Virus record (IMG/VR): IMGVR_UViG_3300005573_001593
Location: 1 to 64,000 of that record
Length of the DNA: 64,000 bases
Strand: one strand, 5' to 3'
From: a virus
Taxonomy: Duplodnaviria; Caudoviricetes
Part shown: piece after piece, positions 1 to 9,062 of the stretch
Layout: every line of letters begins with the position of its first letter
Position numbering within the stretch: the stretch's first letter is position 1
Position numbers and translations under genes: made by a program
The notes under the pieces: model-generated
Databases searched by the model: none
The model's input: the letters and a program-made list of their open reading frames with translations, nothing else
Told to the model about the DNA's origin: nothing

Positions 1-744
1 CTAGAAGCCGAACAGATGCGGGATGAGCGAGCCGAGCAGAAATCCGCCGAGAGCGGAAAATCCACCAACAACAATGACTTCAAGTGAGCTGCGGAAGAGA
101 TTCAGGTTTGCCAGATTGCCTTTGATGATGCCGACGATGATGAGCGCGACGATGGTAAGGGCAATCGAAATGGGCAGCGCGACACCAACGGGAAAGAAGA
201 AGTAGGCGATCAGCGGGAAGATCGAGCCGATGACGTAGGATATGCCCATCGTCATCGCTTCGGGGATGCGCACGGTGTTTGGCTCGCTCATCAGCCCCAG
301 CTCCTTCTCGATCATCGTCTTGTGATAGGACTGCGGATAGCGCATCAGGATGCTCGTCATGCGGCGCGCATCCTCCGGATCGACGCCTTCATGCATAAAG
401 AGCAGCTCCATCTCGCGCTGCTCATTCGCTGGCTGGCTGCGGATTTCGACCAGCTCTTTGGCGATTTCGGTTTGCTGCACCTGCGCTTCCGCGCGTCCGG
501 AGATGAATTCGCCCGCGCCCATTGAGAGGGCGCCCGCGAAGGCTTCCGCGATGCCCGCCACGATGATCGCCTGCGTATTGTGCGTGCCGCCGGCGACACC
601 AGTCACGACGCCCAGCGGGACGAGCAGCCCATCGAGCGAGCCAAAGACCAGCTCACGAATCCGGCCGAGCCGGTCTATGCGCTCCCGCTCGGCATGCAAG
701 TGCTCGTGCAGCGGATTATCCGTCTGCGAAACAGCCTGATCCAT
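1..744 (-). CDS. VIT1/CCC1-family iron/manganese transporter
   Basis: IRELVFGSLDGLLVPLGVVTGVAGG and AGALSMGAGEFIS are VIT1 motifs; hydrophobic C-terminus. Start reassigned to ATG at 744 (MDQAVS), which has a GAGG RBS; the ORF-track extension to 951 looks non-coding. Confidence 0.9.
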   Translation of the reverse strand: MDQAVSQTDNPLHEHLHAERERIDRLGRIRELVFGSLDGLLVPLGVVTGVAGGTHNTQAIIVAGIAEAFAGALSMGAGEFISGRAEAQVQQTEIAKELVEIRSQPANEQREMELLFMHEGVDPEDARRMTSILMRYPQSYHKTMIEKELGLMSEPNTVRIPEAMTMGISYVIGSIFPLIAYFFFPVGVALPISIALTIVALIIVGIIKGNLANLNLFRSSLEVIVVGGFSALGGFLLGSLIPHLFGF

Positions 745-1284
745 GTACCTCGTCCTCTCTCTGGCGTGCGCCCTGGCTCGACGACCGCCCTGCATGCACA
801 TCGCGTGCCGGAAGCATCGGCGGGGCCATCCGGGGAAACAGCGGCGCATCCCCATTTCTCCGGTCTGCTTGTATGATAGATCTGGCTCTGGGGCATATCC
901 AGTGGTCGCGCTCAAGCGCATGCCGCGTGGTTGATCAACATGCTTCCACATCCTGTCTATTCAGGCACTGGCATGAACCGGTGATGCGATTGTGACTGGA
1001 TGGAGTAGAAATGATTCCGCCCGCATGGTATACTCCACCTGACCTGTTGTCAGTGTAGGCGTCGGTGTGGCGTATTGCTGCTGAAGTGCCGCGTGGACGG
1101 ATAGCTGACCTCTTTTGGCGTCTCTCCCAGATGGCTTCCCTGCGTGGCGCGCATCCTTTCCCCCGGTTTCGTTTCTCACTCGGTCATCCAGGCAACACCA
1201 GGTGCCACCTTGCCCCCAGACTACGCAAGCGTGGGCCTGGCCAGTGGTCACGCGAGGAATAGCGTGACCAAGCGAGGTACGCCA

Positions 1285-2748
1285 ATGTCTACTGACTCTG
1301 GTGGCCGGCACTCTTCCCCTTCTGGTCCCAGGAAATGGCCTTTCTTTGGCCACCGTGAATCCGAACAGTCACCCACCCCATCGCCAGCGGACGGCTCTCC
1401 GACAGTCGAATACCAGTACGACGTAGCGGACATTGATGAGGAGGAAATCCCCTCCATGAAGCCGAGCGATTCATCCGGTTCAAGACCAATCAACGTAAAT
1501 CCCGCGAACTGGGGCCAGCACTCCACCTCCCGCCCCTCGCGCTTCCTCAAACTCTACGATGAGATCAAGGCGCAGCCACACGGCGAGGAATCGCTCTGGC
1601 CGATCTACAACCACGTACACCAAATTCAGCACAGCGCCCCGGGGGCTGCCTCGCGGGTACTCGATGAGTATGTGCCTAGTTTGCATGAATATTCGGCATC
1701 TCCGGACCTCTGGCACAATCTATCTATCGTCGCCAGCCGCATTGATAATGAGCAGGCGGAATTGCGCTTTGTGCTTCATGGTCTTGCGCAATGGCCCGAA
1801 GATGTTGATCTTCTCTGCGACGCGCTGGAACTAGTTCATAAGTCTGGCGAGCAGACCGATCCGGCCGCAGCCGAAGTCATCTGGAACGTTCTTGAGAGCA
1901 TGAACCGCGCGATTACTGGACCATTCTGGCGTTTCTGGGTATTCGGAGCGCAGTACTACATCCGCGACAGAGGAGATCCCGGACGCGCCATGGAGTTGCT
2001 TGATGAAGGACTTCTTCTGGTGCAGCGCGATGGTCTGTACAACATTCTCAACGCGTACCGAGCGGTCCTGATTGATGCTAAACCTACACGTGTTCTGCGT
2101 TCGCTAGAGGAGGTAAAAGCCTATCAGGGCGAGATCCTCAGACAACTTGAGGAAAAATACGTTCTCGGCATTGCGCTTGGCGTCGAGAATGCCCATATAC
2201 TCGCCGTGGCGCTTGCAAAACTCTATCAGGAGCGGGCAGGCGAAGGGCTGGGGGATGACGATTCCGAAACAGACGGGAGCATTCGCGAACAAAATCTGAC
2301 GAAGGCTCTATTCTACCTAGACCTTGCCGAGACACTCTTTACTGGCTCGGTTAATCACAACATCGCGGCCATCTATGAAGCACGCGCCCGGATCATGATG
2401 GTGCAGCATCGCTTTGGCGAGGCCCTGCGGCACATGCGCAGTCTGCCGCCTACACGCCAGCAAGAACCAACAGTTGCCGCTATGATGCGCCTGGCGGCGT
2501 TGAGCATTGGCGAAAATCCAGACAGCGGGCCAGAAAACGGAGGGAGCGGACGAGGTGCAGGAAGCGGAGGCGATGCACCTGGGGCAGGCGCAAGCAAAGC
2601 GGAGATCATTAGCGAGTTCCTCAATGATCTGTTCGCTTCACAGGGAGCAAAGCTGTTGGCGATTGCCAGTGAACATCCACAAATTAGGCAAATCGTGCTC
2701 GCGGTCGCATCTCAGTTGAACGCCTCGGACCCGGAGGTGCCTGCATGA
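1285..2748 (+). CDS. TPR-like alpha-helical protein with disordered acidic N-terminus
   Basis: Long ORF with amphipathic helical repeats (e.g. AMELLDEGLLLV, ALFYLDLAETL, ARARIMMVQHRFGEALRHM). Start at ATG 1285 after GAGG. Stop overlaps the next start (ATGA). Confidence 0.6.
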   Translation: MSTDSGGRHSSPSGPRKWPFFGHRESEQSPTPSPADGSPTVEYQYDVADIDEEEIPSMKPSDSSGSRPINVNPANWGQHSTSRPSRFLKLYDEIKAQPHGEESLWPIYNHVHQIQHSAPGAASRVLDEYVPSLHEYSASPDLWHNLSIVASRIDNEQAELRFVLHGLAQWPEDVDLLCDALELVHKSGEQTDPAAAEVIWNVLESMNRAITGPFWRFWVFGAQYYIRDRGDPGRAMELLDEGLLLVQRDGLYNILNAYRAVLIDAKPTRVLRSLEEVKAYQGEILRQLEEKYVLGIALGVENAHILAVALAKLYQERAGEGLGDDDSETDGSIREQNLTKALFYLDLAETLFTGSVNHNIAAIYEARARIMMVQHRFGEALRHMRSLPPTRQQEPTVAAMMRLAALSIGENPDSGPENGGSGRGAGSGGDAPGAGASKAEIISEFLNDLFASQGAKLLAIASEHPQIRQIVLAVASQLNASDPEVPA

Positions 2749-4193
2749 TGAAAGTCGCCGCGTTACAACGTCACTTTCCGAATTTCTCGCATGATATAGA
2801 CGAACTCGACCATCTTGACGACGAACTCGGGCGAGGCGATCTCGCTAGGGGTATAGCAGATGAGATTCGAAAGAGTCCGGATGGATTAGGGCCTCGTGTC
2901 ATTGGCATCTATGGGTGGTGGGGCGCGGGCAAATCCTATTTACTCAGTCAGATAATCCGACACCTTCTTGCGGGCAATGAGACGGATACAGAACGCGGAA
3001 TCGTGGTGGTTCGCTACCGCACGTGGGAGTATGAGACGCAGGGCGATCTCACCCCGGGCCTTATTTTGTCGATGCGCAATGTCGATCAGCAATACCGGCA
3101 TACGAATCCGTCGAATCCGCCATTGCTGGTGGGAAGGGGCAAATCAAGCTACAAAGAGCAGGCAAATATGCTGCTCAAAACTGTTCTGCGGACTACGGCG
3201 TTCGCGGTGGGGATGGCGGCTGCCATGCTGCCGCAGGGGCAGGCGCTGACGTCCATGATTCAGTGGTATACCAGCAGCACGATTCGCGATGTGAACCAGG
3301 CACGCCGACGAGCATCAAATCATGGCAAACTAGCGCCCTATGAGGACGATGCGGTTCAGAGAATCAAGGCCGAGATGCAGAGTCTGGTGGACGGCATCAT
3401 CGAAGCGGCGAGAGCGGGAAACGAAAAGCGCAAAGCCTCATGGCGCGTAGTCGTTTTCATCGATGACCTTGACCGGTGTTCACCCGAGAACATGGTCAAC
3501 ATGTTCGAATGGCTCAAAGTGCATCTGGTCGTGGATCATTGCGTCTACGTGCTTGCCCTTGACCATGTCGCGGCGGCTCGTGCCATTGTTGGCAGGTACA
3601 AAGAATACCTGGGCGACGATCCGGACCTTTCCTATGGTTTTCGGTATCTCGAAAAGTTAGTGGACCGCGAACGGGAACTTGTGGAAAGTCCTAACGTGCA
3701 GCGCATGGCCCTGATCCAGATGTACGGGCAGAATACCCGCTACAGCACAGTGAGCGATGTGGCGAAGGAGCAATCGGGCGGCGACTTTCCTGGCATTATC
3801 TACATTGACGAACTCTTGAGCCTTCGCTCACTTGCGACTCCTCGCACGGTGCTCAAGATCGTAGACAAATATCTGCGTGTGCTGGACGTTATTGATGTGC
3901 AGCAGCTCCAGCATCAACTGCCCTCGGCCTATCACGTCTGGATTCTGTTCATGATCGCCGTCTATTACCGACTCGATCCAGATGATCTCGCAAAGTTTGT
4001 GCGTGGTCAGGGGCCACTCTATCAGTTGTTGCTAACGCCAGAGAAAGAGCAACTCCTTCGGGATATAAGAGATCCTCTCCTCGAGTTTTGCCACTTCGCG
4101 CAGCACCTGGGAAAATCGGGGGGCGAGGCGCTGCGTCCACCGAGCAGCGAAGTCCTGCATAGACTGGCAAACATCATCCTGCAGACGGCCTAA
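2745..4193 (+). CDS. KAP-family P-loop NTPase
   Basis: Walker A VIGIYGWWGAGKS, Walker B VVVFIDDLDRC, YLEKLV motif, and a hydrophobic insert between the Walker motifs, as typical of KAP NTPases. Confidence 0.85.
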   Translation: MMKVAALQRHFPNFSHDIDELDHLDDELGRGDLARGIADEIRKSPDGLGPRVIGIYGWWGAGKSYLLSQIIRHLLAGNETDTERGIVVVRYRTWEYETQGDLTPGLILSMRNVDQQYRHTNPSNPPLLVGRGKSSYKEQANMLLKTVLRTTAFAVGMAAAMLPQGQALTSMIQWYTSSTIRDVNQARRRASNHGKLAPYEDDAVQRIKAEMQSLVDGIIEAARAGNEKRKASWRVVVFIDDLDRCSPENMVNMFEWLKVHLVVDHCVYVLALDHVAAARAIVGRYKEYLGDDPDLSYGFRYLEKLVDRERELVESPNVQRMALIQMYGQNTRYSTVSDVAKEQSGGDFPGIIYIDELLSLRSLATPRTVLKIVDKYLRVLDVIDVQQLQHQLPSAYHVWILFMIAVYYRLDPDDLAKFVRGQGPLYQLLLTPEKEQLLRDIRDPLLEFCHFAQHLGKSGGEALRPPSSEVLHRLANIILQTA

Positions 4194-4266
4194 ACTGGCG
4201 TACAAGCGTCAGAGGTGGCGGGAGGGTCTGCGTGAAAGTGATCTCCTGCCATCTGGTACTTCCCTC

Positions 4267-4295
4267 TTGATTTATTTGAACATATGTTCTATATT
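4267..4295 (+). promoter_or_regulatory. sigma70-type promoter (TTGATT-N17-TATATT) with LexA/SOS box GAACATATGTTC (4278-4289) in the spacer
   Basis: Directly visible AT-rich island in GC-rich DNA. Perfect GAAC-N4-GTTC palindrome, the LexA box of Firmicutes/Actinobacteria, also reported for Dehalococcoides (Chloroflexota). Confidence 0.75.
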
Positions 4296-4495
4296 CGTCA
4301 CATGGGTGATGGCTCCGTAGTGCGGTTCGTGTAGCGTCGTCTGTACTGAAGAAGGCGGGCGCGGCTCCCTGGCCGGGGAGGATGCGCCCGCCAGCGCGGT
4401 GAGCCTGAAACCGGGCGCCGCTCTCTCCCGTGGAAGATCGCGGGTTGGGAGCGGCGCCTTCGTCCATTCTGGGGAGCATGCATGGGGAGGAGCGG

Positions 4496-5953
4496 ATGAG
4501 GAGCGAGAAGGCCGAGGTGCGGCGTAGGGCACCGGATGTAACACTGGATGCGATGCCGGAGGAGGAGACCGCGCCGGTTGCCCAGGCGCGGCTCGATGGC
4601 GAGGCAGGGCGGGCGGCGGACGTGGCGCGCGTGGGTTTCGCGCCGATTGTCCGGGTGGATGCGCCGAGCCGCGAAGTGGAACTGTGCGCGACGAGCGAGG
4701 CCGTCGATAGCCACGGCACGGTGTTTGATTATGGCGCGAGCAAGGATGCCTTTACGCGCTGGGCGGGCAACGTTCGCGAGATGCACGACCGCCGCGCCGT
4801 CGGCAGGAGGGTGCAGGTGCGCTGCGACGACGAGACGCGCAAGATCTTCGTGCGCGTGCGCATATCGCGGGGAGCGCAGGACACGTGGGAGAAGGTGCTC
4901 GATGGGACGTTGCGCGGCGCGAGCATCGGAGCCAGCAACGTTACCTGGGAGCGGCAGGTACGGCGCGTCGCGGCAAGTGAGCGCCCGGTGAACGTCGCCA
5001 CGCGCTACGACCTGGTTGAGTTGAGCCTCGTGGATAGTCCCAGCAATCCCGATGCGCTGGGCATCGCCATCGTGCGTGACGCCCTGCCCGATGTGGCGCT
5101 GCTGGATGATCTGGGGCCGGAGCATACGGACGAGGGCACTCCATCTGGCGAACCATACGCGCCGGTCGTTTCGCCGGCGCTGACCCTGCCGCAGCGGACG
5201 CGCGCCAGACGGGAACGCTCCTCGCATCGTGAGCGCCATCGCGGTGAGCCTTCGCGCCAGTCGGGGGCAACGTTGTTCGGCGATACGGATCTGTTTGGTC
5301 CGGTGGAGGCCCGCATCGCGCGCGAGCGGGCCATTCGCGGCTGGGCAGAGCTGGCGGAGGGTGCGCCTGAGACGGCGGCTGGCGCAGCGATTCCGGGGTG
5401 CATGGAGATGCCGCGTGTGCGCGAGGCGATGGGCCAATCCGCGACGCGCCGGGTGGAAACCGCGGATGTAGGTGGGCGGCTGCACAGCGCGGCGCGGGAG
5501 CTGATGCGCGGCTGCCGGTGCCCTCGCTGCGCGGGCGCGCTGGCGGCGCTTGGCGAGACGGAGGAAACACGCGACATAGGGGGCGCGCAGCCACTGGAGG
5601 CCGCGTCGGTGGCCCGGGCGCTCGCGGCGGGACTTTCGGCCAGCGCGGAGCGGCTGGAGCACGTGGATGGCAGCGTGCGCGAGATGCACACGCTGCTCAG
5701 GGCAGCGGTCAGCCAGATGGCGGGAACTGTCGGCGATCTGCGCTCGCGGCTGGATGCGCTGGAGCGTCAGCCTGTGCCGGGAGGTCCCGCGGCGCGACCT
5801 GTGGAGAAGCCGGGCATACTCGCGGCGGGAAGCGGCGTGCAGGCAGCGGAACAGGCGCGGGCGCTGGAATCGCTCGCTGGAAGGATCAGCGATCCGCAGG
5901 CGCAGATCGCCGTCGCGGCGGAGATCATCCGGCTGCGGCAGGCGGAGATGTGA
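4496..5953 (+). CDS. HK97-type prohead protease fused to a scaffold-like coiled-coil region
   Basis: Caudovirus prohead protease pattern: SEAVDSHG, NVREMH (His), GTLRGASIG (Ser), YDLVELSLVDSPSNPDA. C-terminal coiled coil LRSRLDALERQP and an internal CRCPRC. Start at 4496 after GGAGG. Confidence 0.8.
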   Translation: MRSEKAEVRRRAPDVTLDAMPEEETAPVAQARLDGEAGRAADVARVGFAPIVRVDAPSREVELCATSEAVDSHGTVFDYGASKDAFTRWAGNVREMHDRRAVGRRVQVRCDDETRKIFVRVRISRGAQDTWEKVLDGTLRGASIGASNVTWERQVRRVAASERPVNVATRYDLVELSLVDSPSNPDALGIAIVRDALPDVALLDDLGPEHTDEGTPSGEPYAPVVSPALTLPQRTRARRERSSHRERHRGEPSRQSGATLFGDTDLFGPVEARIARERAIRGWAELAEGAPETAAGAAIPGCMEMPRVREAMGQSATRRVETADVGGRLHSAARELMRGCRCPRCAGALAALGETEETRDIGGAQPLEAASVARALAAGLSASAERLEHVDGSVREMHTLLRAAVSQMAGTVGDLRSRLDALERQPVPGGPAARPVEKPGILAAGSGVQAAEQARALESLAGRISDPQAQIAVAAEIIRLRQAEM

Positions 5954-6057
5954 AGAACGGGGCGTTTTGAGCGCGGAGGGTCGTAGATTGCGGCACACGG
6001 CTGCTCGCGCGAGGACGATCCCAGGTGAAACGTGGGGATGTGGAGGGGGAACAGACG

Positions 6058-6459
6058 ATGACTACAGGACTCTCGACCGGCGCACCGGCTGGGACCGGCA
6101 TTACAGACGAGACGGTCGCGCTGGTGCGCGACGCGATCGCGGATACGACGCGCGCCATTACGACGGCCAGCGGGCTGATCGGCTATGAGCTGGAAGCGCC
6201 GGCGAAGGTGATCGTGCCGGTGACGACACCGCTGGTCAATCTGCTGCCACGGCGGCGTGGCGCGGGCGTGGATGTCGTGCACTGGAAGGCGATCACGAGC
6301 TTTGATACGGCGCGCAACTGGGGCGTGCTTGCGGATGGTGGGACGCCGAGCCAGGTGACGTATGCCGTGGCAGCCATGCAGAATACGCACCAGACGATCA
6401 GCCTGATGAAGTACTCCACCTTCCCATCGCAAGAACCCGCTTGTCATCCAGATTCATGA
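6058..6459 (+). pseudogene. Major capsid protein, 5' fragment truncated by prophage insertion
   Basis: Follows the protease with a strong RBS. GLIGYELEAPAKVIVPVTTPLVNLLPR...HWKAIT resembles the N-terminus of phage MCPs. Only 133 codons; GC3 bias collapses after about 6408, immediately before att-like repeats and the integrase. Confidence 0.7.
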
Positions 6460-6510
6460 TCTGTCTACCTCATCCGCTAGCGCTCAGTGATTGCAAAAGT
6501 GATTGCAAAA
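6397..6510. mobile_element. Putative left attachment junction of the integrated element
   Basis: Palindrome ATCAG-C-CTGAT (6397-6407) at the compositional break. Perfect tandem 12-mer AGTGATTGCAAA x2 (6486-6497, 6498-6509) resembles integrase arm-type sites. Lies downstream of the integrase. Confidence 0.6.
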
Positions 6511-6527
6511 CCTCCCAGAACGCTCTT

Positions 6528-6710
6528 TCACGCGCTTACCTGATGAGGTTGCTCACGTCGCCGCAGATAGTCGCGCAGCACCCACACGATCTCGCTGTTG
6601 ATCGATCGCTCGTTCTCACGTGCTGTCTGCCGTATCCCGTCGAGCAGTTCCTGCGGGAGACGGATGTTGGTGCGCGCTTCGCGTTGTCCGGTCTCGTGTC
6701 TTCGTATCAT
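6528..6710 (-). CDS. Arc-like ribbon-helix-helix DNA-binding protein
   Basis: TNIRLPQELLDGIRQTARENERSINSEIVWVLRDYL is an Arc/Mnt pattern. Confidence 0.8.
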   Translation of the reverse strand: MIRRHETGQREARTNIRLPQELLDGIRQTARENERSINSEIVWVLRDYLRRREQPHQVSA

Positions 6711-6753
6711 GCTGCCAGTGTACTGCCGCAGTGCTGCCATTGTCAAACCCTCC

Positions 6754-7896
6754 TCACCAACCCAGCGCGACGGCTATCGCGGTCGCAGCATCTTCCAACA
6801 TGTCCGGTAGCACATGCGCGTAAATGTTGAGCGTGATAGTGATGTTACTGTGCCCGAGCATCTCCGAGACGACCTTGGGATTGACATTCTGCCCCAGGAG
6901 CAGCGTCGCGGCCGTGTGGCGCAGGTCGTGGAAGCGGATGGTCGGTAATCCCGCGCGTTTGAGAATGCGCGTGTGGCGCCAGCGCACCGCGTCGTGGGTG
7001 AGGGGCCGGCCAATCTCGTCACTGAAGACGACATCGTGCTCTTCCCAGACTGGACCTACGGCCAGCCGTTCGAGGCGTTGCACCTGCCGGTGCTGCCGCA
7101 GCGCCTCGGCTACTGGTGCGGCAATGGTGATCTGGCGGCGCGATGCTCGCGTCTTGGGTTCGGTCCAGACCGGTGCACGCCCCGCATCACTGCCTACCGT
7201 GCCACGCCACTTCAGTGTGGCCACGACACGAATCTTGCGCTGATTGAGGTCCACCTCGCTCCACCGCAGGGCCGTCAGTTCGCCAAGCCGCAGACCTGTC
7301 GCGAGTGCCAGGGTGAACAGCGCGGATAGCCGTTCCGTCTGTGCCTCTTCCAGATACCTTCGCGCCTGCTCGCGACTGAGCGGATGGATGTCGAATCGCC
7401 GGACCGCCGGCGCATCTACCATATCGGCGACGTTGCGCGGCACGATCCCGATCCGTACCGCGCGTTTGAGCGCGAAGTGCAGGATGGAGTGGACGGCCCG
7501 TACCCGCCGCGCGGACAATCCTTTCGCCGCACATGTGGCATAGAGCGCCTGCACGCGCTGCGGGGAGAGCTGCGACAACCGCACGCGCCCAATGTCAGGC
7601 AGTATGTGTAGCCGGATCAGTGCGTCGTAATCGCGCCAGACCTCCTCAACCAGTCGCGGGGGACGCATGGTCTCCATCCAGGCGGCGAGATACTGCATTA
7701 CGGTCTGCCGATCATCTGCGGCAAAGACGCCTTGCTCCAGGTCGCGTAACGCTTTGATGCGCTTGGTGTTGGCTTCCTGCCGGGTCTTGCCGTAGAGCGC
7801 TTTGCGTTTGCCGTTCGGCAGGCTGATCTGTGCTACCCAGCGACCGTCGTTGCGATGGTAGATCGTGCCTTCTCCATGCCCTCGTCGTGCCACCAC
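6754..7896 (-). CDS. int: Tyrosine integrase (phage/Tn916-like)
   Basis: N-terminal RGHGEGTIYHRNDGRW arm-binding region; catalytic ATGLRLGEL (R), FHDLRH (HxxR), LGH and IYAH (Tyr). Confidence 0.95.
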   Translation of the reverse strand: MVARRGHGEGTIYHRNDGRWVAQISLPNGKRKALYGKTRQEANTKRIKALRDLEQGVFAADDRQTVMQYLAAWMETMRPPRLVEEVWRDYDALIRLHILPDIGRVRLSQLSPQRVQALYATCAAKGLSARRVRAVHSILHFALKRAVRIGIVPRNVADMVDAPAVRRFDIHPLSREQARRYLEEAQTERLSALFTLALATGLRLGELTALRWSEVDLNQRKIRVVATLKWRGTVGSDAGRAPVWTEPKTRASRRQITIAAPVAEALRQHRQVQRLERLAVGPVWEEHDVVFSDEIGRPLTHDAVRWRHTRILKRAGLPTIRFHDLRHTAATLLLGQNVNPKVVSEMLGHSNITITLNIYAHVLPDMLEDAATAIAVALGW

Positions 7897-7908
7897 CTGC
7901 CACCCAGT

Positions 7909-8163
7909 CTATGCCGTCTGTGCGGCGATGAACGCTTCCAGCTCGCTCGCGGGAATGCAGCGGTACCGTCCGACCTTAAGAGAACGCAACGTGCCACGCC
8001 GTATCAACCGCTCGATGGTCGGCACACTACTGAAGAGCAGCTCCGCCGCTTCGGCCTTAGTGTACAGCAGCTTGGGAAGAGTCGGGGGGTGGATCGGCCC
8101 TTTCGGCTGCCGCCTACGAGCTGGTGCCTTGACTCTTGGTTTGCTCGCGGTTCGCATGCTCAC
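7909..8163 (-). CDS. xis: Excisionase-like winged HTH (HTH_17)
   Basis: LLYTKAEAAELL...LIRRGTLRSLKVGRYRCIPASELEAFI; directly upstream of int. Confidence 0.8.
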   Translation of the reverse strand: MSMRTASKPRVKAPARRRQPKGPIHPPTLPKLLYTKAEAAELLFSSVPTIERLIRRGTLRSLKVGRYRCIPASELEAFIAAQTA

Positions 8164-8594
8164 GGCAGGTCCTCGCTTTTCCCGGTGTCGTACCTTGCGA
8201 CGAGGGCGCGAGCTTTGACTTTCAGTGCCAGAGCATCATCAAAGCCGACAAGGTGCTCTCCGCTGGGATACGTCTCCCACCTGCTATCCGCTATCGCTCG
8301 CGCGAGATCGCGCATGGCGGCGTTCTCGGATTCCAGGCGTGCAAACTCATCCCGTATCGTGACAGGCACCCATCCGCCGTTGTATGGCACACGCTTGTAC
8401 AAGGTATCGTAGATGATCGCCCGCAATCGCTCCACTTCAGCGAGCAGCGCTGGCACGTCTCGCGCATAGGCATGGAATGTCCGGTGCATCCACTTGGCAT
8501 CATCACACCCGTTCTCACGGTCAATGTCCGTCTGGATCGCCTTAGCCTCTGTCTCCATCGCTGCCAGCTGCTCATCGTTCAATGGCTCAACCAT
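8160..8594 (-). CDS. Hypothetical phage early protein
   Basis: Overlapping start/stop chain; DVPALLAEVERLR motif common in phage early genes. Confidence 0.6.
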   Translation of the reverse strand: MVEPLNDEQLAAMETEAKAIQTDIDRENGCDDAKWMHRTFHAYARDVPALLAEVERLRAIIYDTLYKRVPYNGGWVPVTIRDEFARLESENAAMRDLARAIADSRWETYPSGEHLVGFDDALALKVKARALVARYDTGKSEDLP

Positions 8595-8850
8595 GCCGTC
8601 CTCCCTTCTCATGCCGCAGCACGACCTCAGACGACAGCTTGCCCTCACGCGCCGCAGCGCGCAGCGTCTCCATCAGGTCATCGCAGGTACGTTGGAGCGC
8701 ATCATTGTCCCGACGCAGGCGCTCCACCTCGGCGAGCAGCACACGCACGTCTTCTGTCCATTGCCGCTCCACTTCCCACGGCCCAGGCGTTGCCTTCTCA
8801 GTGCGCTCTCGTATCTGCGCCAACCGCTCGTCGCTTAGCGGATTCGTCAT
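8587..8850 (-). CDS. Hypothetical phage early protein
   Basis: LSDERLAQIRERTEKATPGPW...LLAEVERLR pattern typical of small phage proteins. Confidence 0.65.
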   Translation of the reverse strand: MTNPLSDERLAQIRERTEKATPGPWEVERQWTEDVRVLLAEVERLRRDNDALQRTCDDLMETLRAAAREGKLSSEVVLRHEKGGRHG

Positions 8851-9062
8851 GATGGCCTCCCACGTGCCGAGAAGTCTAGCTCCTGTACGGGCTGCAGCTC
8901 GTCGCTCAGAAACTGGCGGCACAGGCGGCTGAGATCGTCAATCGTAGTCTGAATGACCACATGCTCACCTGTGTCTGCGTTCACGATCAGAATGCCTGCG
9001 CGTACGCCGTCGGTGTGCTTCACGAAGCCTGCGGTGATGTGGTCGGTCCCGGTAATTCTCAC
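8847..9062 (-). CDS. Hypothetical protein
   Basis: GTG start with GTGA overlap to the neighbour; fits the operon chain. Confidence 0.5.
   Translation of the reverse strand: MRITGTDHITAGFVKHTDGVRAGILIVNADTGEHVVIQTTIDDLSRLCRQFLSDELQPVQELDFSARGRPS

Noticed and set aside
745-1284. ORF-track N-terminal extensions of VIT1 (to 951) and the TPR protein (from 1144)
   Set aside because: Better RBS-supported starts exist at 744 and 1285; the extensions read as intergenic sequence.
4298-5998. Long antisense ORFs (566 aa etc.) over the protease gene, and similar shadow ORFs over the TMP and spike
   Set aside because: Expected artefacts of high-GC coding DNA; no motifs or RBS.
1-6459. VIT1 iron transporter + capsid as an encapsulin-type iron-storage system
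   Set aside because: VIT1 is divergent and separated by two unrelated genes. The shell gene has a dedicated prohead protease and an SOS box, and no ferritin-like cargo gene is visible.
6400-6530. tRNA or tmRNA gene as the integration target
   Set aside because: No cloverleaf or T-loop motif near the junction or elsewhere that I could recognise; no rRNA or tRNA genes are called in this window.
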